From: Octopus bimaculoides
Lineage: Eukaryota
DNA: 63,756 nucleotides
Direction: 5' to 3'
Assembly: GCF_001194135.2 (NCBI RefSeq)
Contig: NC_068990.1
Coordinates: 33,131,219-33,194,974, forward strand
Numbering within the stretch: the stretch's first letter is position 1; the number at the start of each line of letters is the position of its first letter. The notes beneath the pieces are model-generated. The model worked only from the letters and a program-made list of their open reading frames with translations, had not been told where the DNA came from and made no database searches. This document shows, piece by piece, positions 11,608 to 24,085 of this stretch. A program made the position numbers and the translations under genes.

Positions 11608-11772
11608 TGAGGCATTTCCCCCTCCATATTTTGAAGAGGTCTTAGGCCAGCAGTGTTGAGGTCTGAAGATATGCCATGAGGTCAAACAGATATAAACAGA
11701 CAGCCAGTCAGACAGAGAGATAGATAAATAGACAGATAGTCAGATAGATAGCTAGCTAGCTAGATAGATAGA
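11480..11772. repeat. (TACA)n/(TA)n/(GATA)n microsatellites
   Basis: Directly visible. Confidence 0.9.
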
Positions 11773-11773
11773 T

Positions 11774-12583
11774 ATGTTTCTTTATTGGCCACACAGAGCT
11801 GAACACAGAGGGGACAAAGTAGAGCTTTTCTTTTTGGGAAGAAGAGAAGAAAAAAGAAAAAAGTGGGTTGAATTCTGATCAAAAGGGATCGTGGAAAAGA
11901 AAAAAAAGAAAAGGAGCCGATCAATAGGGATCGTGTATCACAGAAATGTCAATGTAAAAAGGGAAAACAGATTAGGTTTATCCGTGGAAAGCAAAGCCTA
12001 TGGAAAAGACCACGGTAACCTTGGGCAATAGTGTCATGTACAAAACACATTACAGTAAGTGGCTCTCTTTTTTCCTTTCCTTTTTGTTTTTGGTTCATAG
12101 GATTATGCTCAAGCGGGCTCTGTCATCCATACGTGCCATGCTTGCTACATTCACCCATCTTTTTTTGAAACATTCACTAGACAAAACTTCCCTCTCTACT
12201 CTCACCTTCCTCTTCAAGTGATACTTGAAGAAGTTGATGAGAGATTGACCAGAGAGGAAAGTGTTTGTCTCTAGACCTTTCAGATGCGTTCACCACACAC
12301 ATTCTTTCACCATATCCACAAGTACGATGAAAATGGCTCTTCCTTCCCATTTCAAGGAAGGAGGTACGACAACATTCACGATAGACTCAGTTGATAAGCA
12401 TACTCGTCCCACATGCGATAGCAGGTCGTTCGATATAGGCCCACAGGTTGGAAATGGTTGGACACTGTATGAGTGCATGCAAGACGGTTTCATCGCTCTG
12501 ACCACATCTCGGACAGGTTGACCCCGTGTTTCTCAAGCCATGCCTGTAGAGCTTATCCCGAATGGGTAGCGCTTCTCGATAGC
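11774..12583 (-). mobile_element. 5'-truncated L1/Tx1-type LINE: ORF2 C-terminal zinc knuckle, stop, 3'UTR, AATAAA
   Basis: Minus strand reads CYREALPIRDKLYRHGLRNTGSTCPRCGQSDETVLHALIQCPTISNLWAYIER/LLSHVG...RWVNVASMARMDDRARLSIIL* (stop 12095-12097), a zf-RVT-like CxxC...HxxxxC motif. AATAAA lies at 11781-11786 (minus) before a (TATC)n tract. Confidence 0.85.
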
Positions 12584-12585
12584 AT

Positions 12586-12638
12586 TAGATAGATAGATAG
12601 ATAGAGAGATAGAGAGAGAGAGAGATAGAGAGAGAGAG

Positions 12639-12695
<57 letters not shown>

Positions 12696-12724
12696 CATAT
12701 ATACATACATACATAGAGACAGGC

Positions 12725-12784
<60 letters not shown>

Positions 12785-12785
12785 T
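12586..12785. repeat. (GATA)n/(GA)n microsatellite
   Basis: Directly visible. Confidence 0.95.
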
Positions 12786-13282
12786 AGATGTTTCATTTAA
12801 TTGTAAAAGATATTGCATTACAAAATGATAGTTTACAATAACAGGTCCTCAATAGAGAGGAGGTCATATACAAAAGGAGTTCTGTTCTGAATATAAAGGA
12901 AAACAAAAACCAATACTGATATCAACAGTTTGGTAAACAGTAGAATGGTGAAATTAGTGAGATAACCAAATAAGTAATGCTCTTAGACTAAGCTGTCTTC
13001 TAAAATATTTCAATATTTCTGTTATAAAAGATAGAAATGAAAGGATGAAAGAATAAATATATTAAAATATTGACCTTGGAGACAAAGGTAAGGTAGATGA
13101 GACAAAACAATATAAGTATATGTATACATATGTATATATATGTGTGTGTGTGTATATATATATACATATATATATATATGTGTGTGTGTATTGCTAGACA
13201 GACATAGATACAACAAGCACATATATACATAAATATATTATATATATTTATACATTCATATATACACACAAACACACCTATA

Positions 13283-13440
13283 TACGAGGGATGTGGCTCC
13301 ATTAATCTTCTGTAACAGTCACCTATGATTTGTCTTTATCTACTTATCTTGTAGTTCAGATATTGATACCCAGTTTGCAGGGATGGAGGCGTAGTTCTAT
13401 AAATGAAGAACAATGTGTCTTTATTCAGTTTTTACAATCT
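13283..13440 (+). mobile_element. Possible mariner 5' fragment
   Basis: Starts TACGAGGG; nearby INEEQCVFIQFL resembles the mariner N-terminal EEQRxxIxFL. Confidence 0.3.
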
Positions 13441-14190
13441 TTATCTCTATTATTAAATCATTGAACATTGTAAGTTTGGCAGAATGAAACATAAATGTAT
13501 CCTTTTACATACGAAATATTGCTGTTTAGAATTGCTGGTCAGTAGAGCTTGGGGTGGGTTTGAATGCAATTAGTGGAATTGAGAGAGGGGGGGGGGAGAA
13601 AAGAGAGAGAGAGAAAGAAAAGAGAGAGAGTGAGAAAAGTGAGAGAAAAGAGAGAGAGAGAGCAGTGGTGGTGGTGGTGTTGAAAGAAATTGGCTAGAAT
13701 CATTAGAAATAAACATACTGTATGTTTGGTTCTAAGTGGAAAAGAATCCACTAATATTTCACATAGACCCTTTTTATCAAAAACTTAAGGGATCTGTCTC
13801 TAATGCAGTTTTGCCTTCCATGTAGGGTTTTCTCTCTAGTTGCTATTTAGCCCTTTAGCATTCAGATAACTATGTCAAATGTAATGGTTTACTTATCCTT
13901 ATCCACATTGTCTTGTATTAGTCATGCTTTATCTTGGTTCTCAACCATTTCTTACCTGTGGACCTCTTTGATTCCTGTTTCACTCAGATGGACCCACATA
14001 ACCATTTGATGCTTAACCCTCTTGGGACATCCAGGCCAAATAATCTGCCCAAGTGATACAAGCTGAAAGGATTTTAAGGCCAATCCATCAGCCCAATGAA
14101 ACAAGCATTGTGATTGGCTAGTTTTGAAGTGCAACAGCCAATCAGAGATCATCTTTTTCAGTTCATACTTTTTTTGTTTTTCCACAGAAA

Positions 14191-14482
14191 CATCATCATC
14201 ATCATCATCATCGTTTAACGTCTGCTTTCCATGCTAGCATGGGTTGGACGATTTGACTGAGGACTGGTGAAACCGGATGGCAACACCAGGCTCCAATCTA
14301 ATTTGGCAGAGTTTCTACAGCTGGATGCCCTTCCTAACGCCAACCACTCCAAAAGTGTAGTGGGTGTTTTTACGTGTCACCCGTACGAAGGCCAGTCAGG
14401 CAGTACTGGCAACAACCACGTTCAAAATGGTGTATTTTATGTGCCACCCGCACAAGAGCCAGTCCAGGGGCACTGGCAACGA
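14191..14482 (-). mobile_element. SINE family B, young copy
   Basis: Near-identical to the reverse complement of 1-130 and to 35690. Confidence 0.9.
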
Positions 14483-14563
14483 ACTTGTTCGTTCATTGTA
14501 GGCAAACTAATGGACAGAATAAGAAAATAATTCAGGAGAATAATTGACCTATCTCTGAACTAC

Positions 14564-14696
14564 CATCGCCATCATCGTCGTTTAACGTCCGCTTTCCATG
14601 CTAGCATGGGTTGGACGATTTTACTGAGGACTGGTGAAACCAGATGGCTACACCAGGCTCCAATCTGATTTGGCAGAGTTTCTACAGCTGGATGCC
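14564..14696 (-). mobile_element. SINE family B running into N-gap
   Basis: Same 3' end as 14191. Confidence 0.85.
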
Positions 14697-14980
14697 NNNN
14701 NNNNNNNNNNNNNNNNNNNNNNNNNNNNNNNNNNNNNNNNNNNNNNNNNNNNNNNNNNNNNNNNNNNNNNNNNNNNNNNNNNNNNNNNNNNNNNNNNNNN
14801 NNNNNNNNNNNNNNNNNNNNNNNNNNNNNNNNNNNNNNNNNNNNNNNNNNNNNNNNNNNNNNNNNNNNNNNNNNNNNNNNNNNNNNNNNNNNNNNNNNNN
14901 NNNNNNNNNNNNNNNNNNNNNNNNNNNNNNNNNNNNNNNNNNNNNNNNNNNNNNNNNNNNNNNNNNNNNNNNNNNNNNNA
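14697..14980. other. Assembly gap. Other N-runs: 19984-20275, 27064-27073, 33570-33579, 35846-36246, 37676-37991, 48333-48997, 51866-51910, 52616-52772
   Basis: Runs of N. Confidence 1.
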
Positions 14981-15241
14981 AAGATAACAAGAAGCAAAAG
15001 GACAGAATGAAACGCCAGGACCTTACCTCATCGACCGCGGCAGAGTAAACGATCGCTCCAGATCAAAACACGTCTTCCTCGTAAGCTGTCTGTCTTCTGA
15101 CTGCCGCCACATGCTAGCTGTCGACCGCATGCGGCCGACTTCTAGTCTGACCCTTCCAGTCTGGCCCTTCCGGTCTGGCTTCACTTCCGTTTGCTTCATC
15201 TCTCTCCATCAACAACACATAGCTCATCACAGCCCATAACA
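14981..15241 (-). mobile_element. Possible LTR fragment
   Basis: CpG-rich island in AT-rich DNA; the minus strand starts TGTTATGGG (LTR-like TG start); the other end is lost in the gap. Confidence 0.35.
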
Positions 15242-15304
15242 CCACAACTTGTATGCATTTTTTTCAATCCTAACAGAATGTGATTACTATAATAGTTTTT
15301 GTTG

Positions 15305-15545
15305 GCACTTTGTCGCTTACGACGCCGAGGGTTCCAGCCGATCCGACCAACGGAACAGCCCGCTCGTGAAACTAACGTGCAAAGTGGCTGAGCACTCCAC
15401 AGACACGCGCACCCCTAACACAGTTCTCGAGAATACTCAGTGTGACACAGTGTGTGACAAGGTCGACCCCTTGAATTACAGGCACAACAGAAACAGGAAG
15501 CAAGAGTGAGAGAAAGTTGAGAGAAAGTTGTGGTGAAAGAGCACA
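15305..15545 (-). mobile_element. SINE family D, 3' portion
   Basis: Reverse complement matches 16480-16650 and 16866-16911 (GTGGAGTGCTCAGCCAC...GGAACCCTCG). Confidence 0.7.
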
Positions 15546-15850
15546 TGCTAATTTTATTTATTTACATGTATTGGGTTGTTTTAGGTTTTTCTTATTATGT
15601 TAGATACATTGCACTGTTTATGAGCTTTCATAACATATAGAGTTTTACTTACTAATAAAGTAGTTTTAGACACTTTATCCTATGTTTTCTACATGCACCC
15701 ATTGATTTCAATCTCACCAGAAAAATATTTTGGACATTTTGGCTACACTTACCAAAACATTGTAAGTTGGAAAAGGACTAAAAAATCCTATTATATTTTC
15801 ATAATGAAATATTATTAGGAATTGTTTTAAAAAAATTGTTAAAAGATTTT

Positions 15851-16220
15851 GTGTAGGAGTGGATATGTGGTAAAGAAGCTTGCTTCCCAATCACATGGTT
15901 TTGGGTTCAGTCCCACTGCATGGCACCTAGGGAAAGTGTCTTCTACTATAGCCTCGAGCTAACTGACCAAAGCCTTGTGAGTGGATTTGGTAGACGGAAA
16001 CTGAAAGAAGTCTGCTGTATATGTGTGTGTGTGTGTGTGTGTCTACCATTGCATGACAACCAATGTTGGTGTGATTACGTCCCCATAACTTAGCAGTTTG
16101 GCAAAAGAGACTGATAGAATAAGCACTAGGCTTACAAAGAAGAAGTCCTGGGGTTGAGTTGTTTAACTAAAGACAGTGCTCCAGCATGGCTGCAGTCAAA
16201 TGACTGAAACAAGTAAGAGA
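15851..16220 (+). mobile_element. Full-length SINE family A (tail-1)
   Basis: Colinear with 9455-9848. Confidence 0.85.
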
Positions 16221-16363
16221 AATTGTTGAAGTATAACCAATTAATTGCACATCTCCCTATTTTTTTGTCTCTCCTCACCTGTTCTTTCTGTAGAAGAGTG
16301 TACACTCAAAATGTAAGACTACTATTTTTTCCTGAGTGTAAATCTATTACACTTAATTACAAA

Positions 16364-16911
16364 GGTGCATGGCTTAGTGGTTAGGGTATTCAGCTAACGA
16401 TCGCAAGGTCATGATTTTGATACCAAGGGGCATGTTGTGTCCTTGAGCAAGACACTTTATTTCATGTTACTCCAGTCCACTCGGCTGGTAAAACTCAATT
16501 GTACCTGTAATTTAAAGGACCGACCTTGTCGCATTCTGTGTCATGCTTAATCTCCGTGAGAACTATGTTAAGGATACATGTGTCTGTGGAGTGCTCAGTC
16601 ACTTACACGTTAATTTCAGGAGCCGGCTATTTCATTGATTAGATAAACTGGAAAAGTGGTGAGCTGGCAGAATCGTTAGCATGCCGAGTGAAATGCTTAG
16701 TGGTATTTTGTCTGCCGTTACGTTCTGAGTTCAAATTCCATCAAGGTTGACTTTGCCTTTCATCCTTTCAGGATTTATAAAATTAGTACCAGTTATGCAC
16801 GGGGGTCAATGTAATCGACTTAAGCCCTTCCATAAAATTTGAGGCCTTGTGCTTCCAGTAGAAAGGATCAGATCAACAGGAACCCTCATTGACAAAACTG
16901 ATGGAGTGCCA
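16364..16911 (+). mobile_element. tRNA-derived SINE family D, interrupted by a family C copy
   Basis: A box TGGCTTAGTGG and GTGTCCTTGAGCAAGACACTT core-like motif; the 3' end resumes at 16866. Confidence 0.7.
16654..16865 (+). mobile_element. SINE family C nested in family D
   Basis: GAGCTGGCAGAATCGTTAGC...GTTCTGAGTTCAAATTCC; flanked by an imperfect 17-bp direct repeat. Confidence 0.8.
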
Positions 16912-17519
16912 GTTAGTTAAACCTAATACATTTTGTTTGTTTTTTGGGGTTTCTTTTTAACCTCATCTCAGTGTTATTCATGATTTCATATCATATGATC
17001 ATAAATGCTACTGCTGTGAGCATCATGTTATTTTTTTCAATGATAGTATAATCTAAAATTACATAATCTAATATATTGTTCATTATTTTGAAGATGGTAG
17101 AGTTAGGAATGAGCAACCTTTTTTGAGAAGAAGGCTGCATAAAACATGGCTCACCATCGAGCAGGCTGCACTACTATAAACGTTCAAGGTGATTTTTAAA
17201 ATTTTAGATTTTGTTAGTAGAAATGAGTTGTGTCTCTGACCTTCACTGGCTCCGTAACATCAGTGAGGTGGATGCTACTACCATTCTGCTCAGACTGTTG
17301 CATGCTGATGATTACAGGAAAGACATGGGCAAAGAGAGAATTCCATAGGGATAATGTTCTGGAGTTAGGATGATGTGCAGTGGTTAGTGTAGGGCAGAGT
17401 GTATTGGGCAGAATAAGGGTGATGGAGTGGAGGAGAGGTGTGTGAGTTGAGTGTATTGAATGGTGGTGAGACAAGTTAGCTCCAAGGAACAGAACACTTT
17501 CTAGTATCAGTAGGAAAGC

Positions 17520-17695
17520 AGAGAGGGGGAAAGAGAGAATGAGAGAGAGAGAAAGAGAGGGAGAGAGAGAGAGAGAGAGAGAGAGAAAGAAACAGACAGA
17601 GATGATGATGAGAGAGCAAGCGAGAAAGAATGAGAGTGAGGAGAAAAAAGCGAGAAAATAAGAGAAAAATAGAGAGAATGAGAGATAGAGAGTGT
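17520..17695. repeat. (GA)n-rich purine tract
   Basis: Directly visible. Confidence 0.9.
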
Positions 17696-17956
17696 GATCA
17701 CAATACATTTGTGAGCCATAAGATGGAATGTGTTGGTGATTACATGCCAGTCTGTTGAATGGCCTGTTTTTTGTGGTGGCAGATGCTTGCTAAGATGTGA
17801 GTGTATGAAGCAGCACTGTTCCCGATGCAAGTGTGGGTCTGGGATATCTGTGAGTGCAGCAGCATTGATCAATACTCAACTGTGGGTGGCTGGAGAATGG
17901 TCTTATACATAATGCCAAACTCCTTTTCTCTTTATGTGAAAATAACATTATCCAAT

Positions 17957-18168
17957 AAGTCTGCGAGCTGGCAGAATCATTAGCACACCAGGCAAAATGT
18001 TTAATGGCATTTCATCTGCTTCTACATTCAGAGTTCAAATTCCATAGAAGTTGATATTGCCTTTCATATTTTCAGGGTCAATAAAATAAGTACCAGTTGA
18101 GCACTGGGGTCAATCTAATTGACCTATCCCTCCCCCGAAATTGCTGGCCTTGTGCCAAGACTTGAAAG
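17957..18168 (+). mobile_element. SINE family C
   Basis: Homologous to 58782 and 16654. Confidence 0.8.
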
Positions 18169-19199
18169 CAAAATAATATCACTCATTTTTTGTTTTCTGT
18201 TATCCTGACTCTATCAAGACTTTATTTAGTAAACTAGCTGTTAGGCATATGGTTTAGTACATAACCAAGGAACAATACTGATGGTGGGAAAGTATTTATG
18301 GAAACAGAAAGAAGAATGATATAGGGGTCATTCCTTATTTAATTTTGGAATAAATTGCTATAGAATAGCCTAAGATAGTAAAAATGCTGTGCCAATAGGT
18401 AATTTTTTTTATTTGCAATAATTTCATAGTTCAAGTTCCACTGGTACCACCATTGTATAACATTCCTCCAGGGTTGATAAAATATGAGGCAGCAATCTAG
18501 TGAAGTCAATTCAATCGACAAGGCCTTTGCCAACAAGTATAAGAAGAAATAAACTGCCTACGCAAAGAAAATCAATTAGTAACAGAATGATGCTAAGTTT
18601 GAATCAGTCAGCAGTACATTAATCTAACTTAACAAAATAAGGATTTCTCTGTCAAAGATTAGAATTCAATAGATTCAATAACTCAAAGAGAAACCCATCC
18701 AAATTATTCACAGATAAAGATTTAGAACAAAAGGAAACTAATAAACTTTCAAATTATTCTTTTTTTCTATTTTTTTTTCCTCAGTCTTTTCTCATCACAT
18801 TTTGTAGAAAACTTTTCGACCAAAATCTGGTTCCTTCAAAAAAAGAAACATTATTGATTAATCATAGCAAACAAGTAGAAGCAAGTTTTTATTTTGGTTT
18901 TCATAATGATTGCATTATGTAACCTATCAGAACAGTAAATTGTTATGGATTTCTCCAGTTACATAACAATTTGTTCGACTGTTAATTTAAAATCCATGTT
19001 TTCATGCTAGCATGGGTTAGATATGATGCAGATGGGTTAGACATGATATAGATTAGTTAGACAATACTAAGAAGAAAAATAATTCATTTTAAAGTGACAA
19101 AAATAAATTTAAAGGTAATTTAAGGCAGTTTGCTGGGGTTGGTCTACAAAGTACATGAGCATTAAACCTCTTCCGCTCAACGGTCTCATTATCACCTGA

Positions 19200-19470
19200 G
19201 CCATAGGTCTGCTTGAATAGAGTTGAGTAGGAAGAGGGTCATGATAAGGTTCTTATGGCCCAAGTACTGTACTGAAGATGTATACACTTTACTACTGAAA
19301 TATATTCTCATATGGTTCCCTCCAGAGATTGATTGATCCATAGGTGCAAGAGCGTTAGTGCTGCAACACCCTAAGGTACAACTTAGTGGGGCATTATAGC
19401 GTCTATTGCATTAAGAAGGCAAAGTGAGGTTGCTCAACAACCACACCATCATAAATGTTATTCACTGTAT
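19200..19470 (+). mobile_element. Possible RTE-like LINE fragment
   Basis: EDVYTLLLKYIL...YGSLQRLID...YNLVGH weakly resembles RTE DGxYTRLLRxxL...YGxLP...RLAGH. Confidence 0.3.
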
Positions 19471-19486
19471 CAACTGTCTGCAGAGG

Positions 19487-19862
19487 AAGGCGGTGAGCTG
19501 GCAGAAATGTTAGTGTGCCGGGCGAAATGCTTAGCGGTATTTCATCTGCTGTTACGCTCTGAGTTCAAATTCCTCCGAGGTTGACTTTGCCTTTCTTTCA
19601 TACTTTCGGGGTCGATAAATTAAGTACCAGTTACGCATTGGGGTTGATGTAATTGACGTAATTGACTTAATATCTTTGTTTGCCCTTGTTTGTCCCCTCT
19701 ATGGGCAATAAAGAAAAAAGAAACGTTAGCATGCCGGGCAAAATGCTTAGCAGTATTTCGTCTGTCTTTATGTTCTGAGTTCAAATTCTGCCGAGGTCGA
19801 CTTTGTCTTTCATCTTTTCAGGGTTGATAAATTAAGAATCAGTTGTGTACTGGGGTTGATCA
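19487..19862 (+). mobile_element. Two tandem SINE family C copies (19487-19720 full; 19721-19862 lacking its 5' end)
   Basis: Both match 58782-59015. Confidence 0.85.
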
Positions 19863-19865
19863 GAG

Positions 19866-19960
19866 CAGCTGACTCCTTTCCGTGCCAGTGGCATGTAAAA
19901 AGCACCATTTGAGCATGATCATTACCAGCGTCGCCTTACTGGCACTTGTGCTGGTGGCAT
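19866..19960 (+). mobile_element. SINE family B, upstream part, before gap
   Basis: Reverse complement of the 26970-27030 segment (GCCTTACTGGCACTTGTGC). Confidence 0.65.
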
Positions 19961-20275
19961 ATATATATATATATATATATATANNNNNNNNNNNNNNNNN
20001 NNNNNNNNNNNNNNNNNNNNNNNNNNNNNNNNNNNNNNNNNNNNNNNNNNNNNNNNNNNNNNNNNNNNNNNNNNNNNNNNNNNNNNNNNNNNNNNNNNNN
20101 NNNNNNNNNNNNNNNNNNNNNNNNNNNNNNNNNNNNNNNNNNNNNNNNNNNNNNNNNNNNNNNNNNNNNNNNNNNNNNNNNNNNNNNNNNNNNNNNNNNN
20201 NNNNNNNNNNNNNNNNNNNNNNNNNNNNNNNNNNNNNNNNNNNNNNNNNNNNNNNNNNNNNNNNNNNNNNNNNNN

Positions 20276-20345
<70 letters not shown>

Positions 20346-20531
20346 TAAATATTATTAACCTAATATCTTGAAAAGTTAAAGTAAAACTTAGCATTCAAAC
20401 CTATAGACATCAATGAGGACTGAATACAAAATGTACATCACACATACACATAAACATACAGACATATACATATTTACACCCATATGCCGACATATGCAAA
20501 TACAGACATACACTCATATGCACACACATAC

Positions 20532-20566
<35 letters not shown>

Positions 20567-22879
20567 CACATTAAACACCCACATCAGGTGAAACACAATG
20601 CTAACTAAATTGACATGATGTCACATCAGATTAATGTGATCAGTAAAGCTATAAGCTCCATCATCAGTTTCTACACTGGAAACTTCCCCTTCACTACCTG
20701 CCATAAGGTCAAGCTTTCTCCCCTCTTTACCTTAAATTTCAACTTTTGCATGACCCTGCCGCTTTCTTCAGTTGCTGCAATCCCTTAAGACTTGCTATTA
20801 TGTCAGATATATCAATCATGCTTAATCCCCCATGTCTGTCACGTCTATCTCTTTGCCTCGTTTTACTATTAAACAAAAGAAGATAGAATTCTTCAGTTAC
20901 TTCAGTTTATTTTTGGTAATTTTCTCTTTTGTTTCCAGATGTTTTATTTTCGATCCAATACTAGGAATAAAGTGTTGCAAAACATTTAAATATAGCAAAG
21001 TTTCCCAGCCTGTTTAGAAGTAAATACATTTCATTTAATTTTGTACCCTATCAAGTAAAAACATCAGAGGAATTGCTGTGATATGAAACCATCATAGAAG
21101 TTTGAGTAGTAGTTCATGTAATTCTTTGTTGTCACAGTCCACCTAGCTGCATGACAGGCACATTAGATGTGAAGTGAGATAGACATCTGAGAAGAGACTT
21201 AGGGAAGGTGAACCAATGAGAGAATATATTCATGGTTGCTTTATCTGCTAGAAATAATTGACAAATCTCTCTCAAAATCATATCCTTACTATCTTAGAAA
21301 GAAGAACAGGTTAGCTAATGTGGTTCTGTGTGTACTGTGCATCAAACAAAGACAGGATTGCCATGAATGGAATGCCTTTGGTCATAGATATACTAAGTCA
21401 GGGGTGATTTGGGGTTAAGAAATTACAAAAGCATCAAAGGAAGATTAATCTCCCACTTGCTTAACACTAAACCAGAGTTTGAGTATAGGCCCTTAAAAAT
21501 CCCTTTGTATTTAAAAGATGTCTTTATTTATCTCTGAGATGAAGAAATGTTCAGGATGTTGACCAAAAGATCAAAAGATTGAATTGTTGGATTTCCACCA
21601 AACTCCTGACAAAAATACTTAACTGCATATTGCTCAGTCAGCTGAGCTGTAAACAGATACCATAAAGGACTTTATCTCACTACATCTATCAGAGGGAGAA
21701 GTATATTACTGTACCATTGATAAATATTTGATTACATCATAGTATAGTGCTGACGACAGATGCCACATGGTGGTATGTCTTAATAAATAAGACAGAATGT
21801 ACTATTGTTATATGTGTTTGATTCCAAGGTAGTATAATGGAACTCGACAAACAAGTTGAGGGCTGACAGTTCAAGTGTTGTCATGAAGGGACCAAAAGGC
21901 TGAGACAAAGGAACCAGGTCACTTAGCCGTAACTAGCCATTAATTAGTTAGAAGAACATCATGCTGTAAGCTGTGGAAATGCTGTACAAATGATGAGTGT
22001 TGTATTTGTACATCTAAATCCAATTATGGCTTCATAGATAACTTATAGTCCAGCCCCTGCTAGATTTATATCCAAAAGTTCAGCACCTCCTACATTTATG
22101 ACTCAGAGTCAAACTCCATGCTACATACAACTGACAGGTACTGCTCATTTTTGCCAGGTGGGTGGACTGGAGCAATGTGAAATAAAGTGTCTTGCTCAAG
22201 GATACAATGCACTGCTAGAAATCAAACTCATGGCCTAATGATCATTAGCTGTTTACCCTTAGTCTCTACAAAAATGTAAATAAGTGTCACCAGTCATTTG
22301 TCTTTCAGCTCCAATCTTCTAGAAAAAATATCTAGTATTAGGGAAATATTCTTTTGTTTGAAAACAGCTGTGGGTTGGGAGACAGAAAGGGCACCAGGCC
22401 ATAGGCATTCTACCTCAATAAATTCCAATGGATCCATGAATTATGGAAAAGTGAATATTAAAATTATGATGATGTTAATGAAGGAGGAGGATGGCAAAAA
22501 TGGTATTGAAACTGACTGTGATGAATAGTCCAGAGGATGAGAGAAATACTAATAAATATTACACAAAGAACTAAAAGAAGCAAACATTTTTTTTTAAATA
22601 AGTAAATAAAAGCGCCCACCATGAGAAATTCAAAGATGTGGCTGAAGAAGCAGCACAAAAAGTGAATTGCACAACTCTGTAGAATATTGAGGGTCTTTGA
22701 CTAGAAAACACCCAAATAGATTAAAATCGGTAAAAAAAAACAAAAAAACATCAGCTTGGCAATAAATGAGAGAATGACAAAACGTGGGGTAAAAAGTGGA
22801 ATCAACTTACATTGACTGTTCAACAGACATCCATTTACATATAAACATTTACATTCAAATTGCAGCAACCAAACTTAAT

Positions 22880-23545
22880 GTGTACATTGAGCTGTCTACA
22901 AAGGATAGGACCATAAAAATCCTGAGGGTACTGAAAAATAGAAAAGGCAACAAGACAAAGTAGAATCTCACCTGAAGCCCTGATATTGACACCATCACTG
23001 ATTTGTTATGTCCCCAATTGTAGGAGATAAGCAAGAAAGGCAAAATGCTGAACAGTGGAAGAAAAGCAATTTGGTAATACCTCCCAGAAAAGGGAGAGCT
23101 TATTGAGAACAAAAACTGATTTCTATTTGTACCCAACAGAGTGCTTACATAGATCATTCTTGAGAGAGTGTAAAACAGCAAAACACATGCCAAAGGCATA
23201 GCATGTACCATTTTAAAAAGGATATGTCCTGCACTGACCTTTATTGAACAGTTATAAGAATTGTAGGTTTCCCTCATTCTTGACTTTATTGGCTTTGGAA
23301 AAGCTCTAAAGTGAATTGACAGGAAAATTATTTGCAGTCTACTTTATCATAACAGAATCCCCAGCGCATTCATTAATATCATTCAACAGTTGTGCATATG
23401 CCCATTGGCAAGTGATACTCAATGAGTGATTGTTGAAACTGGAAGGAAGGCAGAACATCTATTATCAACAGTTGTCTTCTTGATGGTCATTGACATGATG
23501 ACTTATCAAACTATGAATATTGTTAAAACAGGTATACAGTGGGCA
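22880..23545 (+). mobile_element. RTE-clade LINE reverse transcriptase fragment (decayed)
   Basis: Across frameshifts it reads IILERV...FKKDMSCTD...FIGFGKAL..IDRKII...FINIIQQL...LLSTVVFLMVIDMM...KTGIQWA, matching RTE RT (FIDFEKAFDSVDR; LFLLVIDWIM...GIQW). Confidence 0.8.
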
Positions 23546-23713
23546 TAAAAGTAGTTACTAGAGAGTGTGGTAAAAATATGTTAGCTGTTCCAGCATGTTC
23601 AAGACTTTTAGAAAAAGACAGACAAAATAACAGAGATAGCACTGAAAACAGATTAGAGAGCATTATGAAAATTCAGGGAAATGACCCTCGTTCTGACTTT
23701 ATCATTTACCATT

Positions 23714-23825
23714 TATCTTTTACTTATTTCAGCATTAGACTGCGGCCATGCTGAGGCACCACTTTGAAGAATTTTTTTTGCAAATGAATAGACCTCAGTA
23801 CTTATTTTTTCCATAAAGCCTAGTA
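23714..23825 (-). mobile_element. SINE family A tail-1, 3' fragment
   Basis: TTTTACTTATTTCAGCATTAGACTGCGGCCATGCTG. Confidence 0.7.
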
Positions 23826-23854
23826 AGGCAATTCCCTTTGAATGGAACCTTTAA

Positions 23855-24085
23855 CCCATATATGCCCATAAAAATAATGAAGTCTTAAAATTTCACTGTA
23901 TTTAGATTAAGTGTTATGGTAAACTTTCATAACCTGGAAGTGAAGAACAATATACAACTGTTAGCTATGGGTGTCGACTACCTATTGATTACCTATGCTC
24001 AGTCAGATGCTTCCCAGCAAGTTCATGTCCAAACAAGTAGGAGCAGGTTTTGCTTTGCGAAAACGCAACCAGGGATATATATGGG
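23855..24085. mobile_element. piggyBac-type MITE with TTAA target duplication
   Basis: TTAA|CCCATATATGCCC ... GGGATATATATGGG|TTAA (TTAA at 23851-23854 and 24086-24089). Confidence 0.7.

Noticed and set aside
13935-14005. hAT-like MITE ends (also 17100-17185)
   Set aside because: Only one TIR-like end is visible, with no partner or 8-bp TSD.
17241-17304. Minus-strand 64-nt exon MQQSEQNGSSIHLTDVTEPVK
   Set aside because: Only a moderate donor (GTCAGA), the opposite strand is equally open, and there is no homology evidence.
17770-17912. Cys-rich ORF (CLLRCECMKQHCSRCKC) as a CXC domain
   Set aside because: The Cys spacing is incomplete and TG-rich DNA readily yields Cys codons; no supporting neighbours.
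21225-21425. Further SINE tail family (with 27762-27900 on minus)
   Set aside because: The two segments are only weakly similar to each other by eye; left unassigned.
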